This document shows positions 55,566 to 64,000 of a stretch of DNA of 64,000 nt, piece by piece. A program made the translations under genes and the position numbers. The notes beneath the pieces were generated by a model that had not been told where the DNA came from, searched no databases, and worked only from the letters and a program-made list of their open reading frames with translations. The DNA is from Nitrospinales bacterium (GTDB lineage: Bacteria > Nitrospinota > Nitrospinia > Nitrospinales > VA-1): the NCBI GenBank assembly GCA_965223795.1, contig CBDCXL010000002.1:128001-192000 (forward strand). The letters run 5' to 3'. Position 1 is the first letter of the stretch; the number at the start of each line of letters is the position of its first letter.

Positions 55566-56819
55566 ATGAGTGCTAAAAACATCCTCATCACAGGCGGCAC
55601 GCGCAGCGGCAAGAGCCGGCACGCGCTCGCGCTCGCCGAGAGCCTTGCCGGTAAAAAAGTGTTTCTCGCCACGGCGGAACCGCTGGACGAGGAAATGGCC
55701 GAGCGCATCGCCCGGCACAAACAGGAACGCGGCCCGGACTGGGAGACGCTGGAGGAACCGCTGGACCCGGCCGCTCAAATCGAGCAAGCGGACGCCGGTG
55801 TGCTGATCCTCGACTGCCTGACATTGTGGATCAGCAACCTGATGATGCAGGACCGGGAACGGGAGTCGATCCTCCATGCCGTTGAGGGCCTGATCGCAGA
55901 AAGCGCGCGCCGGAAACGCACGCTCATCGTCATCACCAACGAAGTGGGAGCGGGCATCGTGCCCGACAACGCGCTCAGCCGCCGCTTCCGCGACATCGCG
56001 GGAGAAGCGAACCAGCGCATCGCCGCCGCTTTCGACGAGGTGGTGCACATGGTTTCGGGAATTCCGGTGACGATCAAGCAGGCGGGAAGCAACACTCTGG
56101 CGGAGACATTCGATCCGGAACACCCGCACGCGTTCCCGCCGAAACTCAAACAGGGCTGCTACGAAGCCATCTACAAGCGCCGGGACATGCGGCACTTTCT
56201 GCCCCGGCCGGTGGACGCGGATGTGCTGGGGCGGATTCTCGACGCGGCGCACCACGCGGGATCGGTGGGCTACATGCAGCCGTGGAATTTCCTCGTGATC
56301 GACGATGTGGCGACGCGCAAAAAAATCGCGGCCAACTTCGAAGCGGCGAGCGCCGAGGCGGCGGAAAAATTTGAGGGCGGCCGCAAGGCGCTGTACGAAA
56401 GCCTCAAGCTGGAAGGCATTCTGGAAGCGCCGCTCAACATCTGCGTCACCTGCGACCGCACGCGGCTCGGCCCCAACGTGCTCGGGCGGGACAGCGTGCG
56501 CGAGACCGACCTGTTCAGCACCTGCTGCGCGGTGCAGAACCTGTGGCTGGCGGCGCGGGCGGAAGGGCTTGCGGTGGGCTGGGTCAGCATCCTGTCGATG
56601 GAGCAGCTCAAACGGGATCTGAACATTCCCGAGCACGTGTTTCCGGTGGCCTACCTGTGCCTGGGCCACACCGAGGAATTTTATGAAAAACCGATGCTGG
56701 AGAGCAAGGGCTGGGAAAAGCGCCTGCCGCTGGAACGGTTGATCTATTACAACCAATGGGAGGGAACGCCGGGCGCGTTTCGCGTGGCGCTTCCGCAAAC
56801 CGGGGGAGAACGCGCATGA
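55566..56819 (+). CDS. cobU-bluB: Fusion of cobinamide kinase/guanylyltransferase (CobU/CobP) and 5,6-dimethylbenzimidazole synthase (BluB)
   Basis: N half: GGTRSGKS, WETLEEP, DCLTLW, NEVGAGIVP. C half: AIYKRRDMRHF, AGSVGYMQPWNF, NLWLAARAEGL. One continuous frame. Confidence 0.9.
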   Translation: MSAKNILITGGTRSGKSRHALALAESLAGKKVFLATAEPLDEEMAERIARHKQERGPDWETLEEPLDPAAQIEQADAGVLILDCLTLWISNLMMQDRERESILHAVEGLIAESARRKRTLIVITNEVGAGIVPDNALSRRFRDIAGEANQRIAAAFDEVVHMVSGIPVTIKQAGSNTLAETFDPEHPHAFPPKLKQGCYEAIYKRRDMRHFLPRPVDADVLGRILDAAHHAGSVGYMQPWNFLVIDDVATRKKIAANFEAASAEAAEKFEGGRKALYESLKLEGILEAPLNICVTCDRTRLGPNVLGRDSVRETDLFSTCCAVQNLWLAARAEGLAVGWVSILSMEQLKRDLNIPEHVFPVAYLCLGHTEEFYEKPMLESKGWEKRLPLERLIYYNQWEGTPGAFRVALPQTGGERA

Positions 56820-58021
56820 CGCTTTCGCGAACGAATCCCGCTTTGCTGGAGCGCGCCGCGCACGGGGGCAACCGGGCGGCCTGGGAGGCAGCGCTGGGCC
56901 TTGAGAATGGAACGCTGATCGATTTCAGCGCCAGCCTCAACCCGTTCGGCCCGCCTGCCTGCGTCGGACCGCTGGTGCGGGAGTTCAGCCAACGTTTAAA
57001 TGCGTATCCCGAACCGGACTGTAAAGCCTTGAAGCAACATCTTGCCGCAGCACTGGATGTGGACATAACGTCGCTGCTGCCGGTCAACGGTTCCACGGAA
57101 CTGATCTACCTGCTGCCCCGGCTGTTGCCGCCGGGCCGTGAGGCGCTGCTGATCGCACCGTGCTTCTCGGAATACGCACGGGCGTTCAATGCAACAGGCG
57201 TGGGGGTGAACGTGCATCAACTCGACCCTAATGATGGATTTCAACTCAACGCGAACGCCCTGCTTGCCCGCATGCAGCGCATGCCCGATCCGGGTGCCCT
57301 GGTTCTTGGCCATCCGGCGAGCCCCAACGGCAGGCGGTGCGAGCGCGACACCCTGCTCGCCCTGCTGGATCAATGCGAACGCCGGTCGATCCTCCTCATC
57401 GTGGATGAGGCCTTCATCGATTTCGCGTCACCGGGTGCGTCTCTGATCGACCGTATTCCCGCATCGCGCAGCCTGATCCTGGTGCGGTCGATGACCAAAT
57501 TCTACGCGATCGCCGGGCTGCGCCTCGGATACGGCATCGCCCATCCGGACACGATCTCCCGGCTGAACGCCGTCCTGCCGCCCTGGTCGGTGAACGCGCT
57601 GGCGCAGGCGGTGGGCTCGGCGGTGCTTGGGGATACGGATTTCCCGGATCGCACCCGGCGGCGAATCCGCACGGAGCGGGAATATTTATATGGAAGCCTC
57701 AGCGCAATGCCAGACATCCAGGTGTTCGCTTCGGACGCCAATTTTCTTCTGTTTCGGCTTGAGGGCAACCGGCGGGACGGACGCGGCTTTTTCCAGTCGC
57801 TCTTGCGCCAGGGCCTGCTGGTTCGTCACTGCGGCAACTTCGACGGGCTGGACGAACGCTATTTCCGCGTCGCGGTGCGGACGCGTGCGGACAACGAACG
57901 CCTGATCGCGGCTGTCCGTTCCCTAATCTGCGGCAATCCCGATTCCTCCCCGCATTCTCACGCTGAGCAAACAGCACAACACCCGTGCGTGGCAATGGGG
58001 ACGATGGGCGCGGAGGATTGA
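56816..58021 (+). CDS. cobD: Threonine-phosphate decarboxylase
   Basis: HGGN, DFSASLNP, NGSTELI, VDEAF and RSMTKFYAIAGLRLGY. Confidence 0.9.
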   Translation: MTLSRTNPALLERAAHGGNRAAWEAALGLENGTLIDFSASLNPFGPPACVGPLVREFSQRLNAYPEPDCKALKQHLAAALDVDITSLLPVNGSTELIYLLPRLLPPGREALLIAPCFSEYARAFNATGVGVNVHQLDPNDGFQLNANALLARMQRMPDPGALVLGHPASPNGRRCERDTLLALLDQCERRSILLIVDEAFIDFASPGASLIDRIPASRSLILVRSMTKFYAIAGLRLGYGIAHPDTISRLNAVLPPWSVNALAQAVGSAVLGDTDFPDRTRRRIRTEREYLYGSLSAMPDIQVFASDANFLLFRLEGNRRDGRGFFQSLLRQGLLVRHCGNFDGLDERYFRVAVRTRADNERLIAAVRSLICGNPDSSPHSHAEQTAQHPCVAMGTMGAED

Positions 58022-58026
58022 ACGAC

Positions 58027-58977
58027 ATGGATCTTTCGCTGCAGATACTGATCGCGTTTGCCCTGGATCTTGTGATCGGCGATCCCAAAGGCTGGCCGCA
58101 TCCGGTGCGCTGGATCGGCAAGACCGCTTCGCGGTTGGAATCTGCAACGCGCAAACGGTTCGCCGACCCGTTTGCCGCGGGGACGGTCACCGCGGTGGGG
58201 ATGATCGCAGGCACGTTCGCGACCGTCTGGGCGCTGCTTGCGATGTTGGGCGCATTGCATCCCTGGGCGGAGACGCTGGCCTCGATCTATTGCATCTACA
58301 CGGCGCTTTCGGTGCGCAGCCTGTTCGATGAAAGCCGTCCGGTCAGGCAGCATCTGGAACGCGGCGGCGTGACGGAGGCGCGGCAAAGCCTGGCGCACAT
58401 CGTCGGCCGGGACACCGAGTCCCTGGATCAAAGGGGAATCGTGCGCGCAACCGTGGAAACGATTTCGGAGAACACGGTGGACGGCATCGTCGCACCGCTG
58501 TTTTACGCCTGTCTGGGAGGCGCTCCCCTGGCCCTGGCCTACAAGGCGGTCAACACGCTGGACTCGATGTTCGGGTACAAGAACGAGAAGTACTTGCGAT
58601 TCGGCAAAGCGGCGGCGCGGATCGACGATGCGGCGAACTGGATTCCCGCCCGGCTGGCGGCGCCGATCATGACGTTGGGCGCGGCGTTGTGCGGGAAAAA
58701 CGCGCTGCGCGCCTGCAAGACCGTGCTTCGCGACGGCTCCAGGCACGCCAGCCCCAACGCCGGCATTCCCGAAGCGGCGGTGGCCGGGGCGCTGGGAATC
58801 CGCCTGGGAGGCAGCGCTTTCTACGGCGGCGAGAAAATGGACAAGCCGTGGATCGGCGGCCGACACAAGGAAATCGAGATCGGCGACATCACATCCGCGC
58901 ATCAGATCATGGGTGCGGCGTCGCTGGTGACGGTGCTGTTGTTCACGTCATGCAGAAACTGGATGTTGAATCTTTAG
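58027..58977 (+). CDS. cbiB: Adenosylcobinamide-phosphate synthase
   Basis: GDP..WPHPV, IVGRDT, ENTVDG, NTLDSMFGY and SPNAG. Confidence 0.95.
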   Translation: MDLSLQILIAFALDLVIGDPKGWPHPVRWIGKTASRLESATRKRFADPFAAGTVTAVGMIAGTFATVWALLAMLGALHPWAETLASIYCIYTALSVRSLFDESRPVRQHLERGGVTEARQSLAHIVGRDTESLDQRGIVRATVETISENTVDGIVAPLFYACLGGAPLALAYKAVNTLDSMFGYKNEKYLRFGKAAARIDDAANWIPARLAAPIMTLGAALCGKNALRACKTVLRDGSRHASPNAGIPEAAVAGALGIRLGGSAFYGGEKMDKPWIGGRHKEIEIGDITSAHQIMGAASLVTVLLFTSCRNWMLNL

Positions 58978-59072
58978 TTTTCAACTAGGAGGGTTTATCG
59001 AAATTATTTGAGCAAGTGAACAAAGCGAAATTCCCTTGGAGGAGGGAATTTTGAGAAATACATTGATAGCTG

Positions 59073-59212
59073 TTCCGGTAAAGGGAAGCCCGGTGCGAAT
59101 CCGGCACTGTCCCGCAACTGTGTGAGGAACGAACGCCGCAAGGGTGCCACTGTCCTTTGGGATGGGAAGGCGCGGCCAGTAGACCGCCTCAAGTCAGGAA
59201 ACCTGACCGGAA
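59073..59212 (+). ncRNA. Cobalamin riboswitch 2
   Basis: AAGGGAAGCCCGGTGCGAATCCGGCACTGTCCCGCAACTGT..GCCACTG..GGGAAGG..AAGTCAGGAAACCTG, closed by TTCCGGT/ACCGGAA. Confidence 0.95.
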
Positions 59213-59249
59213 TAAAATTCCATCATCCTTCGAGAGAAAGGGTTGACGA

Positions 59250-61094
59250 ATGCCTCGCATTGCTGAATTTTCTATTTTCGTATTGATGATCTCAATGGCA
59301 ACGACACACACACCGTCCCAGGCGGCCGATGACACGATCGACCTGCAACCCATCCAGGTGAAGTCGCGGCGGTCCCTCATCCCGATTGTGGACAACCCCT
59401 CTTCGGTGACCGTGATCCGTGAAGAGGAAATCAAAAAGCAGAAACAGTTACAGGTTGAAGACCTGCTGCGGGGCGAGCTGGGCCTGGACGTGGTGCAGAA
59501 CGGTCCGCTGGGAGCAAACGCCTCTGTCTTCATGCGCGGAGGCGGCTCCGGCTCGACGCTGGTCATGGTGGACGGCATTCAGGTCAACTCCAACACCTCG
59601 GGATCGTTCAATTTCGCCAACCTCACGGCTGAAAACATCCAGCAGATCGAAGTTCTGAGAGGACCGCAGAGCATATTCTGGGGCGCCGACGCAGTGGGCG
59701 GCGTGATCAACATCGTCACCAAGCGCGGCGAGGGACCGCCCAGGCACTCGTTGTCGTTCGAAGGCGGCAGCTTCGCCACATTCCGTGAATCCCTGCAAAG
59801 CTCCGGCGCGCTGAACAAATTCGATTATTCGGTTTCCGTATCCCGGACCGACAGCGACGGATTCTCATCCGCCAATGAAGACCGCGGCAACACGGAAGAA
59901 GACGGCTATGAGAACACCAGCGTTTCCACGCGCCTGGGCTACGCCGTCACCGACAACAGCCGGGTGGAACTGATCGGCCGCTACATCCGTTCGATCACGC
60001 AGTTCGACGCGTTCAGTTTTGCCACGGGGCTACCCACGGACGGCAACAACGGCAACAAGTCCAACGCCTACTACTTCGCGCTGCCCATCTCAAAAACCTT
60101 CGCCGACTGGTGGACTGTGACTCTCACCCCCAACATCGCCTATGAAGATACGTTCAGTTTCGACCCTTCATTCAACAACACGCACCTGATCAACCGGACC
60201 TACACAGGCGACCTGCAGAACAACCTCCAGTTCGGCAAGAACTATTCAATCCTGTTCGGCGGCGAGTACCAGGTGCAGAACGGCGTCAACCAGGAAAGCA
60301 GCCTCAAGAGCACGATCTACAACCAGGGTTATTTTTTCCAGGGCATCGCCCAGGTGCTGGAACGGGTGACGCTCACCGGCGGGTTCCGGCACGACATCAA
60401 TTCCGTGTTCGAGGACAAAACCACCTACCGCTTCGAGGGAAATTATGATCATAGCGAAACCGGCACCCGTCTGCGCGCGGCCTACGCAACGGGGTTTCGC
60501 GCGCCCACGATCAACGATCTGTTCTTCCCCGGTTTCGGCAACCCCAACCTGAAACCGGAAGAGGTCAAAAGCTGGGAAGTGGGTGTCGACCAGTCCCTCT
60601 ATGACGGACGGATGAAGGTGGGCGTGACGTATTTCGATTCGGATTTCACCAACCTGATCCAGTTCAACAGCGTGACCAGCGCGGTGGAGAACGTCGGCAA
60701 GGCGGACTCGCGCGGCCTGGAAACGGAAATTCTTTTTCAGGTGACGTCCAACCTGGATGTTTCCGTCAAGCACACCTGGAACGAAACGTTCGATGAAAAC
60801 GATTCTCCGCTCAGGCGGCGCGCCAAGCACAAGCTCACGGCAAGCGCGTCTCACAACTGGCGGGACAAACTGCAATCGCTGGTGAGTCTGTATGCCAAAT
60901 CGGGCATCCGCGACGGCCGGTTCAACACGGAGGGCTTCGTCACGCTGCGCGCGGTGCTGAACTACGCGCTCACCAAACAACTGAAGCTCACGTTGCGGGG
61001 AGAGAATCTTCTGGATAATGATTATGAGGAAGTCCCCGGTTTCGGCACGCCGGGCATCTCCGGATACGCCGGGTTTGTGTTCAACTTCAATTGA
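59250..61094 (+). CDS. btuB: TonB-dependent cobalamin receptor
   Basis: Plug motifs (MRGG, LVMVDG, IEVLRGPQS..GADAVGGVINI), NPNLKPE and a C-terminal aromatic beta-signal; located under a B12 riboswitch. Confidence 0.92.
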   Translation: MPRIAEFSIFVLMISMATTHTPSQAADDTIDLQPIQVKSRRSLIPIVDNPSSVTVIREEEIKKQKQLQVEDLLRGELGLDVVQNGPLGANASVFMRGGGSGSTLVMVDGIQVNSNTSGSFNFANLTAENIQQIEVLRGPQSIFWGADAVGGVINIVTKRGEGPPRHSLSFEGGSFATFRESLQSSGALNKFDYSVSVSRTDSDGFSSANEDRGNTEEDGYENTSVSTRLGYAVTDNSRVELIGRYIRSITQFDAFSFATGLPTDGNNGNKSNAYYFALPISKTFADWWTVTLTPNIAYEDTFSFDPSFNNTHLINRTYTGDLQNNLQFGKNYSILFGGEYQVQNGVNQESSLKSTIYNQGYFFQGIAQVLERVTLTGGFRHDINSVFEDKTTYRFEGNYDHSETGTRLRAAYATGFRAPTINDLFFPGFGNPNLKPEEVKSWEVGVDQSLYDGRMKVGVTYFDSDFTNLIQFNSVTSAVENVGKADSRGLETEILFQVTSNLDVSVKHTWNETFDENDSPLRRRAKHKLTASASHNWRDKLQSLVSLYAKSGIRDGRFNTEGFVTLRAVLNYALTKQLKLTLRGENLLDNDYEEVPGFGTPGISGYAGFVFNFN

Positions 61095-61099
61095 GGACC

Positions 61100-62497
61100 A
61101 TGTCAACGACACGGCATTGTTCAGGCTTTGTGGTTTCGGGCACGCATTCCTCGGTGGGGAAATCGTCGGCCGCTTTCGGGCTGATGCGGCTGTTGAAACG
61201 CAAGGGCCAAGCGGTGATCCCGTTCAAGGCGGGACCGGACTACATCGATCCGGGCCACCATGAGCGGGCCTGCGGCACGCCGAGCTACAACCTCGATTCT
61301 TTCATGTGCCCGGCAAAGTACATCCGCGATCTGTTTGCCGACAGGATGTGCGGCGGCGGCGTGGCTGTGGTGGAAGGCATGATGGGCCTGTTCGACGGGG
61401 CGCACCCGAAAAAAGACCAGGGCTCGACGGCGGAAATCGCCAAGATCCTCGATCTGCCGGTGCTGCTGGTTTTCGACGGACAGGCCACCGCACGCTCGGC
61501 GGCGGCTCTGGTGGACGGGTTTTTGAATTTCGATCCCGATCTGCGGTTTCTCGGCGTGGTGGCGAACCGGGTGAACAGCGAAGGGCACGCGTCCATCTTA
61601 AAAAACGCCATCGAGCATTACACGAAGGTAAAATTTCTGGGATACCTGCCGCAAAATCCTGAACTGGCCCTGCCCAGCCGCCATCTTGGCCTGCACCAGG
61701 GCTTCGAGCAACAGGACGCGCTGTACGATCGCTGGGCGGATCACATCGAGCGGCACGTGAACGTGAAGAAGCTGCTGCAATCGCTGCCGAAACGCGCCGC
61801 AGAAACTGCGGAAACGCATCCGGCGTCCCGCTGGAAAGGGAAAAAGCGGCCGCGTCCATTCACGGCGGCGGTGGCGAAGGACGCCGCCTTTCAGTTCGTG
61901 TATGCGGACACGCTCGATCTGATCCGGCATGCGGGCGGCAGCGTGCGGACATTTTCGCCGCTCAAAGACGGTGCGCTGCCTGAGGGTTGTGACTGGGTGT
62001 ACCTTCCCGGCGGCTATCCCGAACTGCACGCCGAGGCCCTGTGCGCCAACAAGCCTCTGATCCGGCAACTGCGCCGTTTCGCTGCGGATGGCGGCGTGGT
62101 CGTCGCCGAGTGCGGCGGGCTGATGTATCTGGGGAAGTCCCTCACAACGGGGGACGGCAAGCGGCACCCGATGGCCGGCCTGTTCGATTTTTCCACCACG
62201 ATGCAAAACAAGGGCCTGACACTGGGATACCGGAAACTGAAATTCGCTCCGAATGGGACGGGCGGCAAGCCCCTCGTTCTCAAGGGGCACGAGTTTCACT
62301 TTTCTGGCATGCAGGATAACCGGGAACCCCCCATCATGATACATTCACAGAATGCGGGAAAAACTCCGGTCGTGGACGGCTTTCGCAGGGGCAACTGCTT
62401 CGCCCTTTACTCGCACCTGTATTGGGGTTCCTGCCCGGGCTGGCTGGACTACCTGTTGAACCTCGTTGCCGACGGAACACAGCGCCATGCGGTTTGA
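61100..62497 (+). CDS. cbiA: Cobyrinate a,c-diamide synthase
   Basis: FKAGPDYIDP, VEGMMGLFDG, SRHLGL, GGYPE, AECGGLMYL and GHEFH. Confidence 0.95.
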   Translation: MSTTRHCSGFVVSGTHSSVGKSSAAFGLMRLLKRKGQAVIPFKAGPDYIDPGHHERACGTPSYNLDSFMCPAKYIRDLFADRMCGGGVAVVEGMMGLFDGAHPKKDQGSTAEIAKILDLPVLLVFDGQATARSAAALVDGFLNFDPDLRFLGVVANRVNSEGHASILKNAIEHYTKVKFLGYLPQNPELALPSRHLGLHQGFEQQDALYDRWADHIERHVNVKKLLQSLPKRAAETAETHPASRWKGKKRPRPFTAAVAKDAAFQFVYADTLDLIRHAGGSVRTFSPLKDGALPEGCDWVYLPGGYPELHAEALCANKPLIRQLRRFAADGGVVVAECGGLMYLGKSLTTGDGKRHPMAGLFDFSTTMQNKGLTLGYRKLKFAPNGTGGKPLVLKGHEFHFSGMQDNREPPIMIHSQNAGKTPVVDGFRRGNCFALYSHLYWGSCPGWLDYLLNLVADGTQRHAV

Positions 62498-64000
62498 TCT
62501 GAAATCAAAACGACGGTCTTTGTGGGTCACGCTGGCTGTGTCCGTGGCGATTCACGGCGTCGTGTTTTATGTGGCGAGGGACTGGATTTTCGGCAGCACA
62601 CAGATCGCGGAACGGCCGCCGATCCGCATTCAGGCCGTGATCGAAAACCCCAAAGAAAAACCACCTGTCAAAAAACCGCGTAAGATAGAAAAACCAAAAG
62701 AAAATAAACCGAATGATAAAAAACCACAGCGGGCCATCGAACGCATGCCGGCAGCCCCCTCCGCCCCAACCCACTCACTCGCAAAGCTTAAGCCTAGACA
62801 CACCCCGGACGTGACACCCGCTCCTCCTCCACGCGCTACGGCGCAGAAACAACCGGCAGTTTCTTCGGCACAGGCAACCGCTGCCCGGCCCGTGCATCCG
62901 CACGAAGAAATGTTTCAAGCGGCGTCTCCAATTTCTCTTCACTCTGCCTCCGAAGCACCGCACGTCGCTTCGCTTCCGCATGAGCGGGCGGTGAGCGCAA
63001 TGCCCTTAGGAATGATAAACGCGGCCCGGTCTCCGGCAAGGCGTTCGCCTGTGCTGGGCATGATCGATTCACAACACACGCATCTTGAGCCGCGGCAGAT
63101 GGCGTCCCTGGCGGTTGAGACTTACTCAACCGCAAAGGCCCATACAGAATCGGCAAAGATGGCGCGGCACACACCGGCATACGTTACTCCGCGCGCGCCG
63201 CAACGCCTGTCTCCGGTCGTGGAGGCAAACCCGCGACCGGCTGCAACCGCGAGCCGTCACGCTGCGATTCTGAAATCCACCGCGGCCGTGACACCCCTGA
63301 GACCACGGACACTGACAGATACGCTCGCTGCCAGCTCGTTTCAAAAACAACCGGTTGTGCGGACAAACGATCTCGATGTGAATGCAATGTCGGCCACCGC
63401 CGCGGCTCCCGTTCAGCCGCTCTCTGCGGCCACAATCCCGGGGCAAACTCCCGTCGCATCTGCGCCGCGGAACGACCGGTCCATGCCGGCTGCGACCGCG
63501 CCGGTTTCCCCGCGGCAAGCCGCGGCATCTGGCAAATCCGGACGTCACGCTGCCAGCCCCGTGCCTGTGTCCCGACCTGCCGCCGGTGCTGTGGAAGCGA
63601 GGACCGTGGCGCAACTCAAAGCGCCTGCCGGCCTGGAATCCGCGCCCGCGAAGGCAGCCAGGTTTCATTCAACACGCGGTTCAAACCGGCGCAGTGACAC
63701 GTCGCAGGCAATCCGTTCCATCAGCGACACCCAGGATCCCGCAAGCGTCTCTAAACAGGCAGCGGTGGGAAGCGACCGCGCTGCCCCGGCTGCTTCGGCA
63801 ACGGCGTCTTTGCGGCAGGCAGCCGCGTTTAACCAGGCAGAGCAAATTCCTGCCGGGCCCGCCTCATCGTCCGGACACACTGCCGAAGCGGCGAAACCAC
63901 AGACCGCGGCGCAACTGATAACGCCCGATCATCTTAAGCCCGCGCCTGCAAAAGCGGCCGCACCGCATAGGCTCGGGAATTCCGGCAGCGGGCCCATCAC
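62487..64000 (+). CDS. TonB-like protein with very long Pro/Ala-rich region (partial, runs off the window)
   Basis: ATG 62487 gives MRFDLKSKRRSLWVTLAVSVAIHGVVF (SxxxH TM motif), then KP/EKP repeats. No stop was found by manual reading to 64000. Confidence 0.7.
   Translation, partial: MRFDLKSKRRSLWVTLAVSVAIHGVVFYVARDWIFGSTQIAERPPIRIQAVIENPKEKPPVKKPRKIEKPKENKPNDKKPQRAIERMPAAPSAPTHSLAKLKPRHTPDVTPAPPPRATAQKQPAVSSAQATAARPVHPHEEMFQAASPISLHSASEAPHVASLPHERAVSAMPLGMINAARSPARRSPVLGMIDSQHTHLEPRQMASLAVETYSTAKAHTESAKMARHTPAYVTPRAPQRLSPVVEANPRPAATASRHAAILKSTAAVTPLRPRTLTDTLAASSFQKQPVVRTNDLDVNAMSATAAAPVQPLSAATIPGQTPVASAPRNDRSMPAATAPVSPRQAAASGKSGRHAASPVPVSRPAAGAVEARTVAQLKAPAGLESAPAKAARFHSTRGSNRRSDTSQAIRSISDTQDPASVSKQAAVGSDRAAPAASATASLRQAAAFNQAEQIPAGPASSSGHTAEAAKPQTAAQLITPDHLKPAPAKAAAPHRLGNSGSGPI

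Noticed and set aside
54708..56798. 696-aa minus-strand ORF
   Set aside because: Antisense shadow of cobS and cobU-bluB.
63085..63918. Short ORFs listed at the right end
   Set aside because: Alternative frames of the long TonB-like ORF starting at 62487.

Overview
Bacterial chromosomal window from a fairly GC-rich Gram-negative organism. The gene content is suggestive of Nitrospinota or Nitrospirota, but that is an impression and was not tested. (1) Bases 1-8852 are the right part of an integrated phage-satellite-like element whose genes all lie on the minus strand. They are a tyrosine integrase, an AlpA-like protein, an HTH replication initiator with internal iterons, a T7-gp4/Twinkle-type primase-helicase, an internally deleted and frameshifted tape-measure gene, a stand-alone HK97-fold major capsid protein and several unknown ORFs. 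The element is bounded by a 47-bp 3' fragment of tRNA-Met(CAT) (att site), and a ~31-bp-period array of variable palindromes sits at the left window edge. (2) 8.9-23.7 kb is an accessory/stress region: hicAB, an ada-like gene and a cupin sharing an 18-bp upstream motif, a sensor kinase, a peptidoglycan-binding/cytochrome c/putative Cu-site fusion, two cold-shock proteins, a small acidic ORF behind a sigma-54 motif, a pentapeptide-repeat protein and a lytic transglycosylase. (3) 23.7-30.6 kb holds lgt, lspA, ileS, trpS, a site-2 protease and a GT2 (minus strand). (4) A very acidic 971-aa membrane-anchored protein is followed by a MinD/FlhG-like ATPase. (5) 35-46.6 kb is a 10-gene surface-polysaccharide cluster. 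(6) A tRNA nucleotidyltransferase (probably CC-adding type), an esterase and a PEGA lipoprotein follow. (7) 50.2-64 kb is a cobalamin uptake/late-synthesis cluster with two cobalamin riboswitches, a CobU-BluB fusion and an unusually long TonB-like ORF running off the window end. All calls come from motif recognition by eye; no searches were run.
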